A stretch of DNA of 58,883 nt from assembly GCA_027593235.1 (NCBI GenBank), contig JAQCIU010000020.1, positions 1 through 58,883 of the forward strand. Direction: 5' to 3'. The stretch's first letter is position 1. The number at the start of each line of letters is the position of its first letter. Both the position numbers and the translations under genes were made by a program. Under the pieces are notes generated by a model, which was not told the origin of the DNA, did not search any database, and saw only the letters and a program-made list of their open reading frames with translations. The stretch is from Chloroflexota bacterium (lineage in GTDB: Bacteria > Chloroflexota > Dehalococcoidia > UBA2979). This document shows, in pieces, positions 40,390-50,550 of this stretch.

Positions 40390-41553
40390 TCAGCGCGCCT
40401 GGTACGCGAGCACCCCGCCGGACACGACCGCGCGCACCCGCTGCAGCGCCGTGATGTCCTGCGTCGGATCACCTTCGACGACGAGCAGGTCGGCGCGCTG
40501 CCCCGTCGCGATCGTGCCGCGATCGGGTAGACCGAGGTGCTTCGCGGACGTGCTGGTAGCGAGCTTCATCGTGGCGATCGAGCTGAGCCCGGACAGCTCC
40601 TGGACGACCGCCATCGCCTGCGCGAGGTTCTCGTGTGGCGCGTTCGGGATGCCGGAGTCCGTGCTCATCAGCACGTTGCACCCGGCGGCGATCAGCGATT
40701 TGGTCAGCTCCGCGCGCATCTCCCAGCGCGGCTGGCCTCGGAAGTTCACGAATCCGCTGGTGATCGTCGGTGAGACGCCGATCCCCCGGCGCGCGATATC
40801 GAGGATCACCGAGTCGTCCTTCACGGATCCCTCGAGCGTCTGGAAAGAGCAATGCTCGATCATGTCGACGGGCGCGGCGACCGCGACCTTGATGCCCTCG
40901 ATGCCATGTGCGTGGGCCGTGACCTTCATCTCCAGCCGATGCGCCTCCGCGACGATCGCGCGCAGCTCCTCGACGGTGAACTGGGCGGCGAAGACGTTGG
41001 TGCCGGGGGTCATGTTGCCGCCGGAAGCCATCACCTTGATCCAGTCGACGCCGGCCTTCTTGCGCTCGCGCACGGCGACCTTGACGCCATCGATGCCGTC
41101 GGCCTCGCCACCCATGAACCAGCAGTGACCGCCGGTCGGGGTGATCGGCGCGCCAGCGACAAGCAGATCCGGGCCGGCGACGAGACCGCTGCGGATCGCG
41201 TTGCGCAGCTCGACCGCGAGGTGCGTCGGGGCGCCGAGGTCCCGGACGGTCGTGATGCCAGCCTCGAGCATGCGGTGCGCCGCACCGGCCATCCGCAGCA
41301 GCATCTGCTCCGGAGTGTCCGAGTCGTAGACCTCGCGCCAGTCGGCGCCGGAGTTGAAGCAGAGGTGCGTGTGAGCCTCGATCAGACCGGGCACCACGGT
41401 GCATCCGGCAACATCGAGGACGGCCGCACCGGCGGCGGCGGAGCCGGAGATCAGACCGTCCGCCGAGAAGACCGTCGCGTCGCTGGCTGCGTCCGCGGTC
41501 CCGTCCCAGACGCGACCGCCGCGCAACTCCAGCGAAGTCGGTTCAGCCACCAT
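40390..41553 (-). CDS. Amidohydrolase family protein (prolidase-like)
   Basis: PGLIEAHTH, AGITTVRDLG, WIKVMASGG, AHAHG, IEHC, GTIATGQRADL. Confidence 0.9.
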   Translation of the reverse strand: MVAEPTSLELRGGRVWDGTADAASDATVFSADGLISGSAAAGAAVLDVAGCTVVPGLIEAHTHLCFNSGADWREVYDSDTPEQMLLRMAGAAHRMLEAGITTVRDLGAPTHLAVELRNAIRSGLVAGPDLLVAGAPITPTGGHCWFMGGEADGIDGVKVAVRERKKAGVDWIKVMASGGNMTPGTNVFAAQFTVEELRAIVAEAHRLEMKVTAHAHGIEGIKVAVAAPVDMIEHCSFQTLEGSVKDDSVILDIARRGIGVSPTITSGFVNFRGQPRWEMRAELTKSLIAAGCNVLMSTDSGIPNAPHENLAQAMAVVQELSGLSSIATMKLATSTSAKHLGLPDRGTIATGQRADLLVVEGDPTQDITALQRVRAVVSGGVLAYQAR

Positions 41554-42942
41554 CTAGGCAATCCCCAGCTCGGCCTCAAGGCCGCCGATCGCCTGGCTCA
41601 GTCCGTCCACCAGCGAGTCGATCTCCTCGCGGTTGATCACCAGCGGTGGAGCGACCTGGATCGAGGTGCCCGCGCGGCAAAGAATGCCGGCGTCGAGGAG
41701 CTGGCGCGTCAGGCGGCGCGGCAGCTCGTCAGCGTCGGCGAACTCCTCGCCGGTCTCGGGATTCCGCTTGAGGTCGACCGCGTGCATCAGGCCGATCCCG
41801 CGCGTCTCGGCGATCACCTTGTGCTTCGCCTTGAGCGCCTCGAGCTGCTCGCCGAGGTACGCGCCGGTGCTGGCGCTGTTCTCGGGCAGCCGCTCACGTT
41901 CGATGATGTCGAGGTTTGCGAGCGCGACGGCGCAGCTCACGGGGTTGGCGCCCCAGGTGCTGCCGCCGACGAAGGATTCCTTCTTCCCACCGACGAACGC
42001 CTCGGCGACCTTGTCGGACGCACCGACCGCCGCGATTGGGGCGTACCCCGAGGAGATCTGCTTCGCCATCGTGAGCAGGTCCGGCTCGATCCCGAAGTGC
42101 TCGGAGGCGAACCACGTGCCGGTACGCCCGAAGCCATCGATGACCTCGTCGTGGATCAGCAGGATGCCGTGCTCCTCGGTGACCTTGCGCAGGTGCTGCC
42201 AGTACTCCTTCGAGGGAACGCGGCTACCGTTCGCGGTGGAGATCGGCTCGGCGATGAAGGCGGCGATGGTCTCCGGCTTCTCGAACTTGATCATCTCCTC
42301 GATGTAGCGCGCCCAGAACATGTCATCGAGCCCGGTCTTGTCGTTGGTGAGCGCACCGAAGCCGTTGGTGTTCGGTACCGGGATCACGCCGGGGAGCAGC
42401 GGCTCGAACGGCGCGCGGTTCATCGCCGGCGAGCCATTCACGCTCAGCGCGCCGAGCGTGGTGCCGTGGTACGAGCCGATCCGCGAGATCACCTTGTACC
42501 GCTTCGTGTCGCCGCGGTTGTAGTGGTACTGCTTGGCCATCCGGATCGCCGTCTCGACGGCCTCGGATCCGGAGTTCACGAAGTAGAACTTGTTGATCGT
42601 CGACGGTGTCAGCTCGGCGAGCTTCGACGCCAGATCGACCGCCGGCGGCGTCGCGTAGGCGAACGGGTTGGCGAAGGAGAGCTTGGACATCTGCTCGGCG
42701 GCGACGTTCGCCAACTCCTGCCGGCCGTGACCGACGGCGACGACCCAGAGCCCCGACATCGCGTCGATGTAGCGGCGTCCGCCCATCTCCTCGAGGTAGA
42801 TGCCCTCGCCGCGATCGATGACGACGAAGCCGTCCTCCTGCGCAAGGTCGTTGTACTGCTGCGTGTGCACCCAGAGGTGCTCAAGACCGCGATCGACGTA
42901 GTCGCTCGTCGGCGCCGCGGTTCGTTCGATGGTGTCTGTCAT
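41554..42942 (-). CDS. Class III PLP aminotransferase (omega-amino acid/putrescine-pyruvate type)
   Basis: DAMSGLW, NSGSEAVETAI, SYHG, DEVIDGFGRTG, MAKQISSGY. Confidence 0.92.
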   Translation of the reverse strand: MTDTIERTAAPTSDYVDRGLEHLWVHTQQYNDLAQEDGFVVIDRGEGIYLEEMGGRRYIDAMSGLWVVAVGHGRQELANVAAEQMSKLSFANPFAYATPPAVDLASKLAELTPSTINKFYFVNSGSEAVETAIRMAKQYHYNRGDTKRYKVISRIGSYHGTTLGALSVNGSPAMNRAPFEPLLPGVIPVPNTNGFGALTNDKTGLDDMFWARYIEEMIKFEKPETIAAFIAEPISTANGSRVPSKEYWQHLRKVTEEHGILLIHDEVIDGFGRTGTWFASEHFGIEPDLLTMAKQISSGYAPIAAVGASDKVAEAFVGGKKESFVGGSTWGANPVSCAVALANLDIIERERLPENSASTGAYLGEQLEALKAKHKVIAETRGIGLMHAVDLKRNPETGEEFADADELPRRLTRQLLDAGILCRAGTSIQVAPPLVINREEIDSLVDGLSQAIGGLEAELGIA

Positions 42943-43113
42943 CTAGGTGTCCTCCGCCCGGTATCGAGGGAGCCCGATGCTACACCTGCGCGCCGCGTCG
43001 CGACTGTCCAGGCAGCTGGTTCGGGGCGTTCCCGGACAGCTAGTTCTCAGCCACGCAGTGCCTATCCTCGGATCCGCCTCGAATCAACGTCACGCCGACT
43101 CAAAGGACCCTCC

Positions 43114-43635
43114 ATGCTTCCCGATCTCAGCCGCCTGTCACCGGGGCCAGACGCGCCGCGTGTGGTTACGGCCGTGATCGAAATCGAGCAATCGGGGGCG
43201 AACAAGTACGAGTACGACCTGGAGAGCGGCAGTTTCAAGCTGAATCGGGTGCTCTCCTCGGCGATTCGCTATCCCGCCGACTACGGCTTCATCCCCAGCA
43301 CGCTCTCCGGCGACGGCGACCCCACCGACATCCTTGTCCTCACCACCGAGCCCACCTTCCCCGGCTGCCTGGTGGACGCCCGCCCCGTCGGCCTCCTGCT
43401 GATGCGCGACGAGCACGGCGAGGACGAGAAGGTGCTGTCGGTCCCGCTGGTCGATGAGCGCTTCGCCGAGGTCCAAGAACTCGAAGACCTCCCCGCCCAC
43501 CTCCTCCGCGAAATCGAGCACTTCTTCACCATCTACAAGCAGCTCACCGGCCTCCCCGTCGAAACCTTCGGCTGGCGCCCCCGCACCGAGGCCTACACCT
43601 ACATCGAGCGCGCCATGGCAAACGCACCAAAGTAG
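43114..43635 (+). CDS. ppa: Inorganic pyrophosphatase (family I)
   Basis: NKYEYD, YPADYGFIPSTLSGDGDPTD, DEHGEDEK, EIEHFFTIYK. Confidence 0.95.
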   Translation: MLPDLSRLSPGPDAPRVVTAVIEIEQSGANKYEYDLESGSFKLNRVLSSAIRYPADYGFIPSTLSGDGDPTDILVLTTEPTFPGCLVDARPVGLLLMRDEHGEDEKVLSVPLVDERFAEVQELEDLPAHLLREIEHFFTIYKQLTGLPVETFGWRPRTEAYTYIERAMANAPK

Positions 43636-43725
43636 CGTCCACCTCGGTCGCGCTCGGCAGCCGCCCGCTCCGTTTTCCCCCACCGGCGGATTTCCCATCA
43701 CCGCCCCCGGCCCTACGATCCGACA

Positions 43726-44421
43726 ATGACCACGCCGACCATCCGCCCCGCCGTGGAGTCCGACCTCGCCGCGATCAACGCGCTCTACAACCGCGAGGTC
43801 CTCGAGGGCGTCGCAACCTGGGAGCTGGACGAGTGGCCGGCAGAGCGTCGTGCCGCCTGGTTCCACGCGCGCGACGCCGAGGAGCCCGTGCTCGTGGCCG
43901 AATGCGACGGACGGCTGGCCGGCTTCGCCTATCTCACCCGCTACCGAGGTCGTCGCGGCTACCGCTTCACGCGCGAGAACACCGTCTTCGTTGATCCGGA
44001 CTTCCAGCGCCAGGGCGTGGGACGGCTCCTGCTGGGCGCAATCATCGAGGCCGCGCGCGCCCTTGGCCTGCGCACGATCCTCGCCTTCATCGACGCCGAC
44101 AACGCGGGGAGCATCGCACTGCACCGCGCGTTCGGGTACGAGCAGATCGGCCTCGAGGCGGAGACGGGCTACAAGTTCGAGGCGTGGCGCTCCGCGCTGG
44201 AGCTGCAGCTCATGCTCGATCGGCCCCTCGTCTCGGCCCCTCGTCCCGGACTAGCGTCTCGGACTGGCGCCTCGCCGCGACCGGCCCTGCTGTCTACCCT
44301 GTTCTCCCGCGCGTCGCCCGTTCACGCGCAGCTCCCGAGGATGCCATGGCAATCGCGATCGGCCTCTCCCGTGTCTCGAAGCATCACGCCGCGAACGTGG
44401 TGTTGGACAACGTCTCGCTAG
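43726..44421 (+). CDS. GNAT acetyltransferase, YncA/phosphinothricin acetyltransferase-like (C-terminus probably frameshift-extended)
   Basis: IRPAVESDLAAINALYN, FQRQGVGRLL, NAGSIALHRAFG, GYKFEAW. Confidence 0.88.
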   Translation: MTTPTIRPAVESDLAAINALYNREVLEGVATWELDEWPAERRAAWFHARDAEEPVLVAECDGRLAGFAYLTRYRGRRGYRFTRENTVFVDPDFQRQGVGRLLLGAIIEAARALGLRTILAFIDADNAGSIALHRAFGYEQIGLEAETGYKFEAWRSALELQLMLDRPLVSAPRPGLASRTGASPRPALLSTLFSRASPVHAQLPRMPWQSRSASPVSRSITPRTWCWTTSR

Positions 44422-46010
44422 AGATCCAGGACGGCGAAGTCATCGGCCTCGTCGGCCCAAACGGCGCGGGCAAGTCGACGTTGTTCAAGCTGCTCAAAGG
44501 CGAGTACGAGCCGGACGAGGGCGCGATCACGCTGCGCCGCGACCTCCGCGTGGGCTACCTGCCCCAGGACCCCGAACTGGGAACGAGCACCGTGATCGCC
44601 GAGGTGCTCGGCGCCCACGCGGAACTCGGCGCGGCGGACGCGGAGCTGCACCGCCTGGAGCAGCGCATGGCCGACCCCACGGTGGTCGCCGATGCCGACG
44701 CATTCGACCGCGTGATGGAGCAACACGCCGCCGCGCTCGAGCGCTTCGACCGCCTCGGCGGCCACTCCTTCCGAGGCCGCGTCGAAGGCACCCTCAGGCG
44801 CGTCGGCTTCGAGGAGTCCGACTTCGAGACACCCGTCGAGGTGCTGAGCGGCGGCCAGAAGAAGCTGCTCGGCCTCGCGAAGATGCTCGTCACCGAGCCC
44901 GACGTGCTGCTGCTCGACGAGCCGGACAACCACCTCGACATCGAGGGTAAGCGACTCCTCGAACGCGTGATTGTCGATCATCGCGGCGGCGTCGTCATCA
45001 TTTCCCACGACCGCTACCTCCTCGACATCGTCTGTGACTCGATCGCCGAGCTGGAGATGGCCGGTCAGCATCCCGGCCGGCCGCAGCTCGTCGTCTTCCC
45101 CGGCAACTACTCGGAGTTCGCCTACCAGAAGCGCATGGAACTGGAGGCGCAGCAGCACGACTTCTCGGTCCAGCAGGTGGAACTGACCCGCCTCGAACGC
45201 TCCATCGCGCGCCTCAAGGTCTACAGCGCTGGTGGCGCGAACCAGAAATTCGTCCGCCGCTGGCAGAGCATGCAGAAGCGCCTCGACAAGGTGGAGCGCG
45301 TCGAGGCCCCGCAGATGGAGCCGAAGCGGATGCGCCTCCAGCTCGCCTCCGAACGAGGCAGCAAGAAGGTCCTCGAACTCGCCGGCCTCTGGAAGCAGTT
45401 CGACGACCAGGTCGTCCTCGGCGGCCTCGACCTGCTGATCTGGGCCGGCGAGCGCGTCGCGCTGATCGGCCCGAACGGCGCCGGGAAGTCCATGCTCTTT
45501 CGCATCGTCCTCGGCCAGGACGAGCCCACCGAGGGCGTCGCCAAGCTCGGCCCGAGCATCGAGGTGGCCTACTACTCCCAGCAACACGAAACGTTGGACT
45601 ACGACTCGACGCCCGTCGACGAGATCCGGCGCCTGAAGCCGATGCGCGAGGAGGCGGCCTTCGCCGTGCTCAGCGCGTTCCTCTTCGACCAGCCGCGAGC
45701 ACGGCGCAAGGTCGGCCTGCTCAGCGGCGGCGAGAAGAGCCGCCTCAAGCTCGCCAAGCTCATGCTCGCCGAAGGCAACCTGCTCCTCCTCGACGAGCCG
45801 ACCAACAACCTCGATATCCCCAGCGCCGAGGTCCTCGAGGACGCCATCGACCGCTACGCCGGAACGGTGCTGGCGATCTCCCACGACCGCTACTTCCTGG
45901 AGCGAATCGCCGATCGCGTGATCGAGCTCCGCGACGGCGAGCTGACGGAGTACCTCGGCGGCTACACCGCCTACCTCGAAGGCTCCGCCACCGAGGCCTC
46001 GACCGTGTAG
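44346..46010 (+). CDS. ABC-F family ATP-binding protein
   Basis: Two ATPase domains (GPNGAGKS x2, LSGG x2, LLLDEP x2, ISHDRY x2), GNYS linker, no TM segments. Confidence 0.93.
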   Translation: MAIAIGLSRVSKHHAANVVLDNVSLEIQDGEVIGLVGPNGAGKSTLFKLLKGEYEPDEGAITLRRDLRVGYLPQDPELGTSTVIAEVLGAHAELGAADAELHRLEQRMADPTVVADADAFDRVMEQHAAALERFDRLGGHSFRGRVEGTLRRVGFEESDFETPVEVLSGGQKKLLGLAKMLVTEPDVLLLDEPDNHLDIEGKRLLERVIVDHRGGVVIISHDRYLLDIVCDSIAELEMAGQHPGRPQLVVFPGNYSEFAYQKRMELEAQQHDFSVQQVELTRLERSIARLKVYSAGGANQKFVRRWQSMQKRLDKVERVEAPQMEPKRMRLQLASERGSKKVLELAGLWKQFDDQVVLGGLDLLIWAGERVALIGPNGAGKSMLFRIVLGQDEPTEGVAKLGPSIEVAYYSQQHETLDYDSTPVDEIRRLKPMREEAAFAVLSAFLFDQPRARRKVGLLSGGEKSRLKLAKLMLAEGNLLLLDEPTNNLDIPSAEVLEDAIDRYAGTVLAISHDRYFLERIADRVIELRDGELTEYLGGYTAYLEGSATEASTV

Positions 46011-46047
46011 CTTCCGAGGTCTCAACAGCCTCAAACGGGAGCACCGG

Positions 46048-46809
46048 ATGACCTTCGCCACCTACCCAAGCCTCGAAGGGACGATCGTCGCGGTGACAGG
46101 CGGCGCGTCCGGAATCGGCGCGCAGATCGTCCGCGCCTTCGCGGCGCAACAGTCGCGCGTCGGGTTCATCGACTTCGATGTCCCACGCGGCGAGGCGCTC
46201 GCCTCGGAGCTGCGCGACGACGGCGCCGACGTGCGGTTCGAGGCGTGCGACCTGCGCGACATCGACGCGCTACGCCAGGCCTTCGCCAACCTCGAGGCCG
46301 CGCTCGGTGCGCCCACGGTGCTGGTGAACAACGCGGCGCGCGACGACCGCCACGACTGGAGCGAAGTAACGCCGGAGTACTACGACGAGCGCATCGCCAC
46401 GAACCTTCGCCACCAGTACTTCGCAATCCAGGCGGTCGCCCGCGGGATGATCGCCGCCGGCAAAGGCTCGATCATCAACTTCGGATCGGCATCGTGGTGG
46501 AACGCGGTCGGCGGCATGCCGGTCTACACCACCGCGAAGGCCGGCGTGCACGGAATGACCCGTTCGTTCGCGCGTGACCTCGGCCGGCACCGGATCCGCG
46601 TGAACACCATCGTCCCGGGCTGGATCATGACCGAACGCCAGCGAGAGCTCTGGGCAACGCCGGAGGCGCTGGAGCGAACGAGGGAGAACCAGTGCCTGCC
46701 GGATCTGATCGATCCGGTCTACCCCGCGCGGATGGCGCTGTTCCTCGCCTCGGACGACGCGGCGATGTGCACCGCCAACAACTACATGGTCGAGGCCGGC
46801 TCGATCTAA
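46048..46809 (+). CDS. SDR oxidoreductase, D-xylose 1-dehydrogenase (XylB)-like
   Basis: YPSL..TGGASGIG, NNAARDDRH, YTTAK, PGWIMTERQ, LFLASDDA. Confidence 0.85.
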   Translation: MTFATYPSLEGTIVAVTGGASGIGAQIVRAFAAQQSRVGFIDFDVPRGEALASELRDDGADVRFEACDLRDIDALRQAFANLEAALGAPTVLVNNAARDDRHDWSEVTPEYYDERIATNLRHQYFAIQAVARGMIAAGKGSIINFGSASWWNAVGGMPVYTTAKAGVHGMTRSFARDLGRHRIRVNTIVPGWIMTERQRELWATPEALERTRENQCLPDLIDPVYPARMALFLASDDAAMCTANNYMVEAGSI

Positions 46810-48170
46810 CCGCCGGCGGCGACGCCGGACGGCTCGGAGTCTTCGAGGGTCGCGCCGGCTGCAGGCAGCCCGACCGGACGTGCCAGCAGCACCACGAACG
46901 CCGCACCGTAGGTGACGAGCGCCGCCACGGTGAACGGCAGGTCGTACCCACCACTGCGATCCTCGAGGAACCCCACCACGAACGGACCGAGCCCGCTCCC
47001 CGCCTGACCCGCGAGGGCAATGATCCCGAACACCGCACCGAACGAGACCATCCCGAAGATTTCGCTGACCAGCAGCGATTGCATCATGTAGATGTTGCCG
47101 ATCGTGAAGCCGAACGTCAGCGTGAGCGCATAGGTGAGCGCGACGTTGTCCGTGCGCAGCACCAGCAACACCGCCGACGCCTGGACGACGAACAGCACTA
47201 CTGTGAGCCAGCGCTTGTCGATCGCGTCGGCGAAGATCCCGACGACCAGCCGCGCCACGATGCTGCCGAAGGCCGTCGTACTGAGCGCAAAGGCGGCGGC
47301 ACTCCGCGATCCGAGACGGTCCTCGAGGAACGCGATCTGGTGGATCACGAAGCCGGTCTGCGAGACCAGCACGAGCGTGAACGCGACGAGCACCGCCCAG
47401 AACGAGACAGTGCGCATCGCCTCGCAGATCGTCCAGCGGCGGAGCTGCGACGCCGCGTCCATCCGCGCTCGCGTCTGCGCCAGGCTCACCGTCGGATCGA
47501 TGCCGTCCGGGTGCAGTCCCATCTGCCGAGGATCAAAGGCGATCACACCCCAGAGCACCGGCAACGCGACGAGGACGACCATCGCGCCCATCACGGGCGC
47601 GGCGAGTTCGAGCCCACCTCGATCGACCAGCCACGCGCCGGCCGGCGCCAGGATCACGCCGCCGAGCGAGATGCCGGTGGAAGAGACGCTCATCGCGCGC
47701 GCTCGGCGCACCATGAACCAGCGCGTCATGATGGCGTTGACCGCGACATTCGAGGACATCCCGAACCCGAGCGCGAGCAGCACGTAAACGGCGTAGAGCT
47801 GCCACAGCTCCTGCACGAAACCAATCAGCGCGGCGGCCCCACCAACCAGCAGGAAGCCGACGGTCATGAAGCCCATCGGCCCGCGCCGGTCCACGTGCGG
47901 CCCGAAGAATGCCGCCGTCACCCCCGAGGTCAAGAAGTAGACGCTCGCCGCCCCGCTCACCGCGGAGTTCGACCAGCCATGCTCCTCCTGCAGCGGCTCC
48001 AGGAACACGGCCAGCCCGTAGTACCCGATGCCCGCCACAAACATCATCAACGTCGCAACGGCGATCGCGATCGCCCAGCCGTAGAAGATGCCCTGCGGGA
48101 AGATGCGCGCGGCCGGCGGACGGCGCGGCGGTAGCGACGACGTGGGGGTGCCTTCAGTTCCTGTACTCAC
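46806..48170 (-). CDS. MFS transporter (OFA/MCT-like)
   Basis: IFYGWAI, GWSNSAVS, RWFMVRRARAM, ~12 TM helices. Confidence 0.9.
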   Translation of the reverse strand: MSTGTEGTPTSSLPPRRPPAARIFPQGIFYGWAIAIAVATLMMFVAGIGYYGLAVFLEPLQEEHGWSNSAVSGAASVYFLTSGVTAAFFGPHVDRRGPMGFMTVGFLLVGGAAALIGFVQELWQLYAVYVLLALGFGMSSNVAVNAIMTRWFMVRRARAMSVSSTGISLGGVILAPAGAWLVDRGGLELAAPVMGAMVVLVALPVLWGVIAFDPRQMGLHPDGIDPTVSLAQTRARMDAASQLRRWTICEAMRTVSFWAVLVAFTLVLVSQTGFVIHQIAFLEDRLGSRSAAAFALSTTAFGSIVARLVVGIFADAIDKRWLTVVLFVVQASAVLLVLRTDNVALTYALTLTFGFTIGNIYMMQSLLVSEIFGMVSFGAVFGIIALAGQAGSGLGPFVVGFLEDRSGGYDLPFTVAALVTYGAAFVVLLARPVGLPAAGATLEDSEPSGVAAGG

Positions 48171-48289
48171 GGTCTCGCGATGCTAGGCAGCGCAGCCGTT
48201 ACCGTCCTCCGAGCGGGAATCGGTACCAGTACCCGGTCCTTCCGAGATCAGTCGCACCCAGCCACCTTCGGGTTTGCGCCCCCCGCGCG

Positions 48290-48721
48290 CTACGCCTCTG
48301 GTGATTCCCGCCGCACCCAGCGGCTCGTCGTTGCCGCGTCCTCAATCGTCTCGTCGGCCTGCTTCCAGCCGCCGAAGCCGTCCTCGAGGTGGGCCACGTT
48401 CGTGAACCCCAGCTCCTGCATCGCCACTGTCGCCAGCGCGGAACGCCCGCCCGCCGCGCAGAACAGCACCGTTCGCCGGTCCTCCGTGAACCAGTCCCGA
48501 CCGTAGGGGCTGTCCGGATCCGCCCAGAACTCCAGCATCCCCCGCGGCGCGTGTACCGCGCCCGGGATCGTCCCGGAGTCGACCCGCTCCTGGATCTCGC
48601 GGATGTCCACCACCAGCAGATCCGGGTTCGCAGCCATCTCCGCCTTCAGCTCTTCGATGCTGAGGTTCTCAATCCGCTCCTTCGCCGCATCCACCGCCGC
48701 CATGATCGACTTGATCGCCAT
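48290..48721 (-). CDS. Rhodanese-like domain protein
   Basis: VDIRE, IPGAVHAPRGMLEF, FCAAGGRS, LEDGFGGW. Confidence 0.92.
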   Translation of the reverse strand: MAIKSIMAAVDAAKERIENLSIEELKAEMAANPDLLVVDIREIQERVDSGTIPGAVHAPRGMLEFWADPDSPYGRDWFTEDRRTVLFCAAGGRSALATVAMQELGFTNVAHLEDGFGGWKQADETIEDAATTSRWVRRESPEA

Positions 48722-48869
48722 CGCCGGTCGCCTCCCCGCCTGCGGCGCGCTAGCTTCGCCGCAGCTCCCGCTGCGACGGCGCGCTAACTTCGCCGCGTCC
48801 ACCGCCGCTCGTGTCCACGCGGAGTCTAGCGGCCGCGCCTCGCCCGCATGCTCCCCCCGAGGATCCGCC

Positions 48870-49286
48870 ATGCCCGACTTCCTCGACCGCTACCCCGCCC
48901 TCCGCGACATGCAGGCCGTCCCCCTGTTCGCCAGCCTCGGCTTCGCCTTCACCGACGCCGGCGACGGCTGGGCCGAGATCGGCTTCACCGCCTCCGAGGC
49001 CACGCACAACCTCTACGGCATCGTCCACGGCGGCGTCTGGCTCGTGCTCGCCGACTCGGCCATGGGCGCCGCCCTCGCGACCGTCGCGACCCCCGAGGAG
49101 CGCGTGATCACCGCGCAGTCGGAGTTCCGCTGGCTGCGTGGCCTGCGTGGCGACACGATCCGCATCCGCGGTTCGGTGCTCCGTCGCGGTCGGACGCTCA
49201 GCCACGCCGTCGCCGACCTCTACGACGCCGACGGCGAAGCGATCGGCCGCGCGACCGGGACCTACGTCATCCTCCCACCGCAGTGA
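48870..49286 (+). CDS. PaaI family thioesterase
   Basis: NLYGIVHGGVWLVLADSAMG, VLRRGRT. Confidence 0.9.
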   Translation: MPDFLDRYPALRDMQAVPLFASLGFAFTDAGDGWAEIGFTASEATHNLYGIVHGGVWLVLADSAMGAALATVATPEERVITAQSEFRWLRGLRGDTIRIRGSVLRRGRTLSHAVADLYDADGEAIGRATGTYVILPPQ

Positions 49287-49332
49287 GTACGCGGTACGAG
49301 CCCGTGACCGTTCGTCTATCATCACGCCCGAT

Positions 49333-50550
49333 ATGACCCAACCCTACTCAGGCATTCGCATCATCGAGGTCGGCGGCACCATTGCGGCCGCCGGCGCCAC
49401 CAAGACGTTCGCCGATTTCGGCGCCGACGTGATCAAGGTGGAGCCGCCGGCCGGCGGCGAGGTGCGTCGCGTGCCCCCGTTCCCCGGTGACCTGCCGCAC
49501 ATCGACCGCGGTGCCTACCACCTCGCCCTCGACACCGGGAAGCGATCGATCGTCCTCGATCTCGGGACAACCTCAGGCGTGCAGGTGCTGCTGGACCTCG
49601 CGCGTCGGGCGGATCTCGTGGTGCTGCAACTGCCACCGTCCGAGGCCCGTCCGCTCCTCGCCGCGATCGAGACCCTCGGCGCTGACGCACCGTCGACAGT
49701 GACGATGACGCCGCACGGCCTCGAGGGCCCGACCGCCGATCACGAGGAAGACGACATCTCGATCTTCGCGCGCACGACGCGGATGCTGCGCCATTCGTTC
49801 ACGGAAGAAGAACCGCTGCGCTACGCGCCGTTCGTCCCGACGATGCAGTGGGCGTCGACCGCGACCTCGGTCGGGGCGGCGACGATCTGGTCGCGCCGGC
49901 ACGGCGGTGAACGACGAACCGTGGAGGTCGCGGCGGTCGAGGCGCTCAGCGGTAACGTCGACACGTGGTACCTGCCGTGGGCGTTCACCGGCGTCGATCT
50001 GCCACGCGATCCAAACTCGCGGCTCGGCTACCCGAATGGCTACTTCGAATGCAGCGACGGCTACCTCGCCTTCTCGGCTGGCACGCAGCCCTTCTTCACC
50101 CGCCTCTGCGGAGCAATCGGCAAACCCGAGTTCGCGACTGACCCCCGGTTCCTCGATCCGCTGGTGAAGCCCCTCCACTACGACGAGTTCATGAGTCACC
50201 TCGCCCCCTACCTCGCCTCGCGCACCCGCTACCAGGCGTTCCACGACCTCCAGGAGCACGGCGTGATGTGCGCGCCCTTGCTGGATGTGCGCGAGGCGAT
50301 GGCCGACCCACAGGCGGTCGCGCGCGGATCGTTCGTCGAGGTGGACCAACCCGCCGGCGTCGGCACCACCACCATCGCCGGACCGCCCTTCCGCCTCCGC
50401 ACGGGCGACACGGGCGACACGGCCGCCTCGGCGGCGTGGGCGGTGCGCCCGGCGCCGACACTCGGGCAGCACACGGCCGAATTGCTGAGCGAAGCCGGCT
50501 ACAGCGGCGACGAGCAGATCGCGCTCTTCCGCGCCGGAGTCACGGGATGA
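49333..50550 (+). CDS. Family III CoA-transferase subunit (BbsE-like)
   Basis: GIRIIE..ADFGADVIKVEPP..GKRS..APTLGQH. Confidence 0.9.
   Translation: MTQPYSGIRIIEVGGTIAAAGATKTFADFGADVIKVEPPAGGEVRRVPPFPGDLPHIDRGAYHLALDTGKRSIVLDLGTTSGVQVLLDLARRADLVVLQLPPSEARPLLAAIETLGADAPSTVTMTPHGLEGPTADHEEDDISIFARTTRMLRHSFTEEEPLRYAPFVPTMQWASTATSVGAATIWSRRHGGERRTVEVAAVEALSGNVDTWYLPWAFTGVDLPRDPNSRLGYPNGYFECSDGYLAFSAGTQPFFTRLCGAIGKPEFATDPRFLDPLVKPLHYDEFMSHLAPYLASRTRYQAFHDLQEHGVMCAPLLDVREAMADPQAVARGSFVEVDQPAGVGTTTIAGPPFRLRTGDTGDTAASAAWAVRPAPTLGQHTAELLSEAGYSGDEQIALFRAGVTG

Noticed and set aside
40852-43113. 927-aa plus-strand ORF
   Set aside because: Antisense shadow of the amidohydrolase/aminotransferase genes; only the last 173 codons (ppa) are real.
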